The notes beneath the pieces are model-generated. The model saw nothing but the letters and a program-made list of their open reading frames with translations, searched no databases and had not been told where the DNA came from. Shown here piece by piece: positions 25,220-32,000 of a stretch of 32,000 nucleotides of DNA. Origin of the DNA: Pseudomonadota bacterium (lineage in GTDB: Bacteria; Pseudomonadota; Alphaproteobacteria; Rhizobiales; Hyphomicrobiaceae); assembly GCA_046048295.1 (NCBI GenBank), contig JBJOGJ010000005.1:8235-40234 (forward strand), given 5' to 3'. The first letter of the stretch is position 1. Every line of letters begins with the position of its first letter. The translations under genes and the position numbers were made by a program.

Positions 25220-26409
25220 TTTTTGCTCCCGAGAATCAGTGCCGTCTCGCAAACCGTATTGCCGCCATGGCCCGAGACGAGGCCGACCTCGGCATCCTTC
25301 ACCTGGCGGTCCGGACCGTATATGCCCTGCAGCTGGCGAACGCCTTCGACAACTTGCAGCATACCTTCCACGTGGGCTTCCGAGAGCTGACCTCCGGAAG
25401 TGTTCGTCGGCATGGCTCCATCGAGCCGAAGCGCTCCGGAAGCCACGAATTCTCCGCCCTCCCCCTTTTTGCAGAAGCCATAATCCTCGAGCTGTGCGAG
25501 GACCATGTAGGTGAAGCAATCGTAGATTTGCGCGAAATCGATATCATTGGGTCCGACGCCCGCCATGGCGTATGCGGTCTTGCCGGCCTCGATCGCACCT
25601 GTGTGGGTGCCATTATCGTTGTTCTGCCAACCGGTCAGGTTGTTGAATGTACCGAAACCCTTGATATAGACCGGACGCTGCCTGAGATCCTTCGCCCGCT
25701 CCGCCGAGGTCACGACCACGGCACCCGCGGCATCCGTCTGCAGCGAACAGTCGTAAAGGCCGAACGGCTCGACGATCATGCGCCCTGCAAGATAGTCCTC
25801 CATCGTCAGAGGCTTCTTCATGACCGCTTCGGGGTTGCGAAGGGCATGCTCCCGGAAGGCCACCGCGATATGCCCGAAGTGCTCGCGCGTCGTGCCATAG
25901 TCATGCATGTGGCGGCGGGCACCGAGCGCGTGGGCAGCAACCGCACTGAAAAATCCGAGCTCAGGCCCGAACTCGGAACTTTCCATCTGCTGCGGACGGC
26001 CGGAACTGCGCATGTGGCTGGCTGTACTGGCATGCACACGCGACCAGTTGTTGCGGCCGTAACCGACCAGCACATTGGTGGCGAGGCCGGCGTCGATGAC
26101 CATTGCCGCCAACCCCACGGCCAACGCCTGGCTTGCCCCGCCATTCGTCAGCGTCGTCGAGAAGCGAGCGTCGATCCCGAGTCGCTCGCCCACAACCTGA
26201 TGGAACGTGTAGATCTCATCAGGGCCGCGGCAGATGAGGCCATCGATGTCCTTCATCTTGAGGCCGGCGTCGTCGAGCGCGGCCGCCATCGCCTGCTCGA
26301 GCAATCCGAGCGACGAGACGCCCGGCACCTTGCCAAGTCGGCTCTTTCCCGTACCGACGATGGCACAGCGATTACGCAGATGCTTGGATGGCTCGAGTGG
26401 CATTGTCAT
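25216..26409 (-). CDS. Thiolase-like (SCP-x/Ltp-type) protein lacking the nucleophilic cysteine
   Basis: Aligns without gaps by eye to the 14737..15876 thiolase. NACSSG is replaced by NGGASQ and AHCTGGG by VSGHGGN. His is kept (SEAHVEG). The loop reads IYDCF. The start overlaps the CoA-transferase stop (ATGA). Confidence 0.8.
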   Translation of the reverse strand: MTMPLEPSKHLRNRCAIVGTGKSRLGKVPGVSSLGLLEQAMAAALDDAGLKMKDIDGLICRGPDEIYTFHQVVGERLGIDARFSTTLTNGGASQALAVGLAAMVIDAGLATNVLVGYGRNNWSRVHASTASHMRSSGRPQQMESSEFGPELGFFSAVAAHALGARRHMHDYGTTREHFGHIAVAFREHALRNPEAVMKKPLTMEDYLAGRMIVEPFGLYDCSLQTDAAGAVVVTSAERAKDLRQRPVYIKGFGTFNNLTGWQNNDNGTHTGAIEAGKTAYAMAGVGPNDIDFAQIYDCFTYMVLAQLEDYGFCKKGEGGEFVASGALRLDGAMPTNTSGGQLSEAHVEGMLQVVEGVRQLQGIYGPDRQVKDAEVGLVSGHGGNTVCETALILGSKK

Positions 26410-27563
26410 GCATTTTCTCCTGGAACCTTCAGTCCGACCCGCGCCAGAACTTCGGCCGTATGCTCCCCGTGAAGAGGCGCGGGCGACCTGATCTCACACG
26501 GCGTATCCGACAACGTGACCGCCCCCCCGACGAGCTTGACGGTTCCAAGCTTCGGATGCGGAATCTCCTTGATCATGCCGAGATGCTGAACCTGCGGGTC
26601 CGCAAGCGCCTCATCAAGAGAATAGATGGGGGCTGAAGGCACGTCCGCCTCGCGCAGCGCCTCCAGCCAATGTTCCCTTGGTTTGGTCTGGAAGATGGCG
26701 GAAAGCTTGCCGGAAAGTTCGTCATAGTTCTTGCGCCGATCTGCCTTGGTCTTGAAGCGCTCATCCGCAATCCATTCCTCGTGCCCGACCACCCGGCAGA
26801 GCCCCTCCCAGAACTTGGGTGGCGAAGAGAGATGCACGACGAACGGCTTGCCGTCTCCGGCAACGAATGCGAACACCGCTGCCGTCTGCGTCCTGGTCTT
26901 ACGGCGGGGAACCTTGCCTTCCTCGAAATAGCGTGCTGCATTCTCTCCGAGAAACGCCAGTGTCGATGAGAGCAGCGAGGTGTCGACTCGCTGTCCCCGG
27001 CCGGTACGCTCGCGCGCACAGATGGCGCCGAGGATGCCATAGGCCGCCATGATGCCCGAGAGATGGTCCGAGAGCGATACGCCCATCGGCTTCGGATCCT
27101 CCAGATCCGTGAGAACCGACAGAAGCGCGCCCATCGCCTGACCAACTGTATCGTAGCCTGGCCGCTTGGCATACGGTCCTGTCTGCCCGAAACCGGTAAC
27201 CGAGCAGTAGATGAGCCGCGGGTTGGCCGCGTTGAGCGTTTCGTAGCCAAGTCCGAGCCGCTCCATCGTCCCGGGCCGAAAGTTCTCTATGACCACGTCC
27301 GCCGTGGCGGCAAGCTTCAGTGCCGCCTCGACTCCTGCCTCCGACTTGAGGTCGAGCACAATGCTCTTCTTGTTCCGGTTGACGGAGCCGAAGGTTGCCG
27401 AGTAGTCGGCCGCCCCCCAGGAGCGGAACGGATCCCCACCTTTGACGGTCTCGACCTTGATCACCTCTGCACCGAGGTCGGCGAGCATCATGCCCGCATA
27501 GGGACCTGACACATAGGATGCAAACTCAAGCACCGTGATGCCGTCGAGCGCCGTCTTGGCCAC
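26406..27563 (-). CDS. Family III (CaiB/BaiF/Frc-type) CoA-transferase
   Basis: ITVLEFASYVSGPYAGMMLADLGAEVIKVE...SVNRNKKSIVLDL...VVIENFRPG...SLSDHLSG. GTG start at 27563 with AAGGAG 7 nt upstream. Confidence 0.9.
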   Translation of the reverse strand: MAKTALDGITVLEFASYVSGPYAGMMLADLGAEVIKVETVKGGDPFRSWGAADYSATFGSVNRNKKSIVLDLKSEAGVEAALKLAATADVVIENFRPGTMERLGLGYETLNAANPRLIYCSVTGFGQTGPYAKRPGYDTVGQAMGALLSVLTDLEDPKPMGVSLSDHLSGIMAAYGILGAICARERTGRGQRVDTSLLSSTLAFLGENAARYFEEGKVPRRKTRTQTAAVFAFVAGDGKPFVVHLSSPPKFWEGLCRVVGHEEWIADERFKTKADRRKNYDELSGKLSAIFQTKPREHWLEALREADVPSAPIYSLDEALADPQVQHLGMIKEIPHPKLGTVKLVGGAVTLSDTPCEIRSPAPLHGEHTAEVLARVGLKVPGENA

Positions 27564-27625
27564 TAGATTCTCCTTTGGAAAATGCCTGTCTACACTCGGA
27601 ATTCGCGCGGCTCCATCCAGTCCCG

Positions 27626-28657
27626 CTACTGAGCGATCTTTCTGAGTCGGGCGAGGAGTGCCGGAGGCATGGATTTCACCTCAGCCAATATATCATTGAT
27701 CTCTTTGCCGGATACCGGGTCGATTTCCATCTTCCGCTCCGCAGCGGTCTTGAGGAAGCCGGCATCCTTCATGGTCGCATCGAAGGCGGCACGCAGGATT
27801 GCCACGCGGTCGGGCGGCACTTTGGGGCCAAGCGCAAGGGGACGCCCCATGAGCTGCGGCGTGAACACAACCCGAAGCATCTTCAGGTCGTCGGGGGCCT
27901 TGACGAGATCGAAGACAACCGGGACATCAGTGAACTGCTTGTCCTTGTCGAAGCCGAGCAGCATCATGACTTTGATGTTGCCCGAATCAAGCCATGGCTT
28001 GATCCGCGACCGCAACGCGGCGGAAGATCCGCCGGAAGCATGGCCGAGAGCTTCCTTTTTCTCAAGCGCGAAGAGCGAAGCTGTCGATCCCTTGTAGCCT
28101 TCGACAACCTTGAATTTCATGCCCAGCACTTCGTTCAGCACCCGTGGATAGAGTGACGAGGATGTGCCGGGTGTCGACGAACTCATTACGACCTCGATCT
28201 TCTTGAGATCGTCGAGCGTCCGCACACCCGACTCCTTGTGGATGAGTAGAAGCCCAGTCTCCTTTTGCGGACTGCCAAGCCAGTTGAACTTGTCGACTTC
28301 GAACCGTGCCTTCATGGTGTCAGGATAAAGCAAGGGCACAAGCGGAAGCTCGCGCTGGAAGCCGCCGATCACCGTTCCGTCCTGCGGCAGGCTGCCATAA
28401 ACGGCATTGGCGGCGATGAAGCTGCTGGCACCGGGCATATTCTTGACGACAATTGTAGGTTTGCCGGGAATATGGCTGTCGATGTATTGGGCGATCGTTC
28501 GCGCGTACTGGTCATATCCGCCTCCAACGGTCACGCCGATCACCATGTTGATCGTCTTGCCCTTGTAGAAATCTGCGGCGAGCGCGAAACCCGATGACAG
28601 CGAGATCGCAACGGCGGCACTCGCCGCAATGAGACGCGGACGGCGATAGAACTTCAC
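27626..28657 (-). CDS. Bug-family (TctC-like) periplasmic substrate-binding protein
   Basis: VKFYRRPRLIAASAAVAISLSSGFALA signal peptide, then FYKGKTINMVIGVTVGGGYDQYAR...VKNMPGASS. GTG 28657 is preceded by AGGAGGAG; the upstream extension to 28723 is rejected. Confidence 0.9.
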   Translation of the reverse strand: MKFYRRPRLIAASAAVAISLSSGFALAADFYKGKTINMVIGVTVGGGYDQYARTIAQYIDSHIPGKPTIVVKNMPGASSFIAANAVYGSLPQDGTVIGGFQRELPLVPLLYPDTMKARFEVDKFNWLGSPQKETGLLLIHKESGVRTLDDLKKIEVVMSSSTPGTSSSLYPRVLNEVLGMKFKVVEGYKGSTASLFALEKKEALGHASGGSSAALRSRIKPWLDSGNIKVMMLLGFDKDKQFTDVPVVFDLVKAPDDLKMLRVVFTPQLMGRPLALGPKVPPDRVAILRAAFDATMKDAGFLKTAAERKMEIDPVSGKEINDILAEVKSMPPALLARLRKIAQ

Positions 28658-28779
28658 GATTGTCTCCTCCTGGCACCTGAAGATGGCCTGCGCCGGTTCT
28701 GCCCTGCGCAACACTGGGGGCACGCGCCCGATTGCAGTGAACCATTAGGCCCAGCGGACGTCAATCGCGGGTTGAGCGG

Positions 28780-29310
28780 CTAAGGATTCTTTGCTTTCTC
28801 GATCGCATCGGCGATCAGCTGCTTGGCTTCTTCATGGTCGCCCCAATGGTCGATCCTGACCCACTTGCCCGGCTCCAGATCCTTGTAGTGACCAAAGAAG
28901 TGCTCGATCTGCATGAGTGTGATATCGGGCAGATCCGTGCGCGTGACGACTTTCTCGTATCGTCGACTGAGCTTGGCGCTCGGCACTGCCAGGATCTTCT
29001 CGTCCTTGCCGCCGTCATCCTCCATGACGAGGACACCGATTGGACGACAGTTCAGCACTGCCCCAGGTATGATTGCCCGGGTATTGCACACGAGAACATC
29101 GATAGGATCGCCGTCGGACGACAGGGTATGCGGAACGAAACCGTAGTTCCCTGGATATCGCATCGGCGTGTAGAGAAACCGGTCGACGAACAACGTACCG
29201 GATGCCTTGTCGAGTTCATACTTGATCGGCTCGCCACCGAGCGGCACCTCCACCACCACGTTGACGTCTTTAGGCGGATCGTTGCCGATGGCAATTGCAT
29301 CGAGGCGCAT
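28780..29310 (-). CDS. ppa: Inorganic pyrophosphatase (family I)
   Basis: [57 protein letters not shown]...[14 protein letters not shown] is the classic soluble PPase signature. AAGGAG lies 7 nt before ATG 29310. Confidence 0.95.
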   Translation of the reverse strand: MRLDAIAIGNDPPKDVNVVVEVPLGGEPIKYELDKASGTLFVDRFLYTPMRYPGNYGFVPHTLSSDGDPIDVLVCNTRAIIPGAVLNCRPIGVLVMEDDGGKDEKILAVPSAKLSRRYEKVVTRTDLPDITLMQIEHFFGHYKDLEPGKWVRIDHWGDHEEAKQLIADAIEKAKNP

Positions 29311-29398
29311 GAAGAGCTCCTTTGCCTGCCGGTTCTCGATGAACCGGTTGGACAGAATAGTCCATTGCATTCCATAGTCCGATCACGTCGCGCCAACC

Positions 29399-30043
29399 CT
29401 ATTCGGAAAGCAGTGATGCGATCGCGGCACGCAGTTCCGCTACTCCCTCGCCGTTGTCGGAGGAGGTTGCAATGACGACGGGGAAGGCAGCCCCCTCCGA
29501 AGCGATTGCCGTCCTGGTCTCGTCAAGCACGATCGCGCGCTTGGCAAGCGAGATCTTGTCGATCTTCGTCAGAACGACCTGATAGGAGACTGCAGCTGTG
29601 TTTAGTAGTGCCATGACCTCGCGATCGACAGGCTTGATGCCGTGACGGCTGTCGATCAGCAGATAGACCCGGCGCAAGGTCGTGCGGCCGCGCAGGTAAT
29701 CCCTGACGAGCTCCGTCCAGTTCTCAACGACGCCCTTTGGCGCCTTGGCGTAGCCATAGCCGGGCATGTCTACGAGATAGGCGTCCACACCTTCCGTGTT
29801 GAAGTAGATGAGTTCCTGCGTCCGCCCAGGCGTGTTGGATGTACGCGCCAGGCCATGCTGGTTGACGAGTGCATTGATCAGGCTCGACTTGCCGACATTG
29901 GATCGTCCGGCAAAAGCAAATTCCAATCGATCAGCAGGCGGCAGCACATCGAGCCTGGGTACGCTCATGACGAACTGCCAGGAGCGGGCAAAAAGTGCGG
30001 CTCCCGCCTTCAGCTCATCCTCGTTCGCCGGCTCTCCCTGCAT
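29399..30043 (-). CDS. engB: Ribosome-biogenesis GTPase YihA/EngB
   Basis: G1 [15 protein letters not shown]3 DMPGYGYA, G4 TKIDK. Positioned directly downstream of yidC, as in many bacteria. The start at ATG 30043 was chosen to avoid overlapping yidC; the start is uncertain. Confidence 0.9.
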   Translation of the reverse strand: MQGEPANEDELKAGAALFARSWQFVMSVPRLDVLPPADRLEFAFAGRSNVGKSSLINALVNQHGLARTSNTPGRTQELIYFNTEGVDAYLVDMPGYGYAKAPKGVVENWTELVRDYLRGRTTLRRVYLLIDSRHGIKPVDREVMALLNTAAVSYQVVLTKIDKISLAKRAIVLDETRTAIASEGAAFPVVIATSSDNGEGVAELRAAIASLLSE

Positions 30044-30062
30044 CACGACTGACACACGATTC

Positions 30063-32000
30063 TCAGCTCTTTCGGGAGACGAGCTTTCGAACAGGATCAA
30101 TAGTCTTCTTCAAGTTCTCGATCAGTGGCACATCGACCCCCTGCCGCTTCATGATGACCCATTGCTGCGCAATCGAAAGCACGTTGTTCCAGAACCAGTA
30201 GATAACGAGGCCTGCAGCGAAGCCAGCGAGCAGAACCGTGAAGATCACCGGCATCCAGTTGAAGATCTGCTGTTGGACGGGATCTGGCTGCTGCGGATTG
30301 AGCTGCATCTGGAACCACATGGTGATGCCCATCAGCAGTGGCCATGCGCCGATCGTATGGCCGAGCAGCATCGCTTCCGGTGATGGCCACGGCATCAGTC
30401 CGAACAGATTGAAGAGCGAGCTCGGATCCGGCGCCGAAAGATCCTGTATCCATCCGAAAAATGGTGCATGGCGCATGTCGATCGTCACGAACAGCACTTT
30501 GTAGAGCGCAAAGAACACCGGAATCTGAACGAGGATCGGCAGGCAGCCCGCCAGCGGGTTGACCTTCTCCTTCTGGTAAAGCTCCATCATCGCCTGTTGC
30601 TGGCGCGCCTTGTCCTCCTTGAAGCGGTCACGGATCTTCTCCATTTCCGGCTGCAGCTTTTTCATCTTCGCCATCGACTCGTAGGACTTGTTGGCGAGCG
30701 GGAAGAACAGCAGCTTGACGAGGACGGTGACCGCAAGAATAGCGACGCCGAAGTTGCCTATCAGGTTGTAGAGCCAGTTGAGCAGATAGAACATCGGCCG
30801 GGTGATGAAATGAAACCATCCCCAATCGATCAACAAATCGAAGCGCTCGATTTTGGACTGCTCACCATAGGATTCCACCAGACCGACGCGTTTCGCACCG
30901 GCAAACATCTGGCTCGTAACGACTCCGGATTCCCCGGGGGCCAGACTGAGAGGATGGCTTGAAATGAAATCCGCCTGGAACGACTCTTTCGTTGTCGCCG
31001 ATTTCTTGGTAGGCGACTTCAGGTTGGCGTTATAGGTCATACTCTGGCTCGGTATGAGCGTTGCCGCCCAATACTTGTCCGTGAAACCTAGCCAACCTCC
31101 GGACACGGTTGAGTATGTCTTGTCAGCCTTATCCTTCTGGATGTCGGAGTAGGTGATCTCCTGGTAGCCCTGCTTGCCGAGGAAGCCGATAAGACCTTCG
31201 TGCGCAATGAAGAAGCCTTCAATCTTGGGCGTGCCGTAACGATAGATCCTGCCGTAGGGATAGAGCGACAGTCTTTGACTGGATTTGTTCATCACCCGCT
31301 GCTCGATCTTGAACATATAATCTGCATCGATCGAGATCGTACGGCGAAATTCCACACCGGAAGGATTTGTCCAGGAGAGGATGACGGGCTGTCCGGGCTT
31401 GAGTGTATTGCCTCCGGCGTTCTTCCAAAGTGTATCGCGGCCGGGTAGCTCCGTTGTTGTTTCTGGGCCCGCGCCCCAGCCGAATTCAGCAAAGTAGGGA
31501 GCAGGTGCATCGGCCGGGGAGAACAACGTTACGAATGGGCTGTTTTCCGAAAGCGTTTCCCGGTACCGGATAAGCTTGAGGTCGTCGATGCGGCCACCCT
31601 TTAGCGCGATGGAACCCGACAAAGCCTGTGTCTCAATGGGTACGCGCGGAGAATTCTTCAAAGCCTGCTCACGTGCCGCACCCGCTGTAACGATCTGACC
31701 TGGAACGACCGGAGCGCTACCGTCGCGCGAAGGAGCAGGGGGAGCCCCGTCTTTCGAGATAGTTGTTGCCGGCGACGGCGCTTTCGACCCGGCAACGGAC
31801 TTTTCAGCCCCAACACCGGACGGAACTGTGCCGCTCGGCAAGCCCACTTGCTCCTGCTTCTTGAGTTCCGCCTGCCGGCGCGCTTGTTCCTCTTTCATCT
31901 TGGGACCGGCATAGAGGAAATGCCAGGCCATCAACACGCAGACTGAAAGAATGATGGCGAGCAGCAGGTTCTTTTGATTATCCGGCTGTTGCGATTGCAT
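30063..32000 (-). CDS. yidC: Membrane protein insertase YidC
   Basis: N-terminal [20 protein letters not shown], a large periplasmic domain, and the conserved core [17 protein letters not shown]...[23 protein letters not shown]...[23 protein letters not shown]. The ATG sits exactly at the window edge, so the true start could lie upstream. Confidence 0.95.
   Translation of the reverse strand: MQSQQPDNQKNLLLAIILSVCVLMAWHFLYAGPKMKEEQARRQAELKKQEQVGLPSGTVPSGVGAEKSVAGSKAPSPATTISKDGAPPAPSRDGSAPVVPGQIVTAGAAREQALKNSPRVPIETQALSGSIALKGGRIDDLKLIRYRETLSENSPFVTLFSPADAPAPYFAEFGWGAGPETTTELPGRDTLWKNAGGNTLKPGQPVILSWTNPSGVEFRRTISIDADYMFKIEQRVMNKSSQRLSLYPYGRIYRYGTPKIEGFFIAHEGLIGFLGKQGYQEITYSDIQKDKADKTYSTVSGGWLGFTDKYWAATLIPSQSMTYNANLKSPTKKSATTKESFQADFISSHPLSLAPGESGVVTSQMFAGAKRVGLVESYGEQSKIERFDLLIDWGWFHFITRPMFYLLNWLYNLIGNFGVAILAVTVLVKLLFFPLANKSYESMAKMKKLQPEMEKIRDRFKEDKARQQQAMMELYQKEKVNPLAGCLPILVQIPVFFALYKVLFVTIDMRHAPFFGWIQDLSAPDPSSLFNLFGLMPWPSPEAMLLGHTIGAWPLLMGITMWFQMQLNPQQPDPVQQQIFNWMPVIFTVLLAGFAAGLVIYWFWNNVLSIAQQWVIMKRQGVDVPLIENLKKTIDPVRKLVSRKS

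Noticed and set aside
24812-25519. N-terminally extended ORF-track versions of several genes (24812..25519, 27626..28723, 28780..29370, 29399..30100, 11495..13897, 13967..14728, 14737..15972, 16360..17649, 6392..7546)
   Set aside because: The extensions are Arg-rich or overlap the upstream gene. Internal starts have good Shine-Dalgarno sequences and give family-typical N-termini, so the shorter coordinates are reported.
25267-26472. 401-aa plus-strand ORF antisense to the thiolase-like gene
   Set aside because: Same reasoning: it is a stop-poor mirror frame of a well-supported minus-strand gene, with low-complexity Arg/Ala/His-rich sequence.
1-32000. Search for CRISPR arrays, tRNA/rRNA genes, IS elements, integrases, toxin-antitoxin or defence-type genes, and long direct or inverted repeats
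   Set aside because: Reading by eye found none. The only repeated structures are short GC hairpins at gene ends. A computational repeat or tRNA scan would be needed to exclude small elements.

Overview
High-GC (about 60%) alphaproteobacterial DNA, probably Rhizobiaceae-like; that assignment is inferred from gene content and protein style, not from a search. The window has three blocks. (1) 1-5.6 kb is a signalling/ion block: a partial HAMP sensor histidine kinase missing from the ORF track, an orphan TadG-like protein, three consecutive single-domain response regulators, a Cys-poor Fur/Mur-like regulator and a CaCA antiporter. (2) About 6.5-28.7 kb is a 22 kb accessory-looking catabolic block of unknown substrate. 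It holds three orphan Bug/TctC binding proteins, a coupled pair of flavodiiron-core-like MBL proteins (one degenerate), a short Glu/Leu-type dehydrogenase, and a lone Mo-hydroxylase large subunit coupled to a crotonase. It also holds a flavin reductase, two thiolase+DUF35 pairs (one lacks the nucleophilic Cys), two family III CoA-transferases, an alpha/beta hydrolase, a long UbiD decarboxylase, an MFS transporter, a frameshifted TauD/TfdA dioxygenase and an amidohydrolase_2 enzyme. I found no transcription regulator, TctA/TctB, UbiX or CoxS/CoxM partner. (3) 28.8-32 kb is housekeeping ppa-engB-yidC. I saw no rRNA/tRNA, CRISPR, IS element or integrase. The best candidates for something undescribed are the diiron-like MBL pair and the CoA-transferase/UbiD and Cys-less thiolase/DUF35 modules. 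All family calls come from motif reading by eye.
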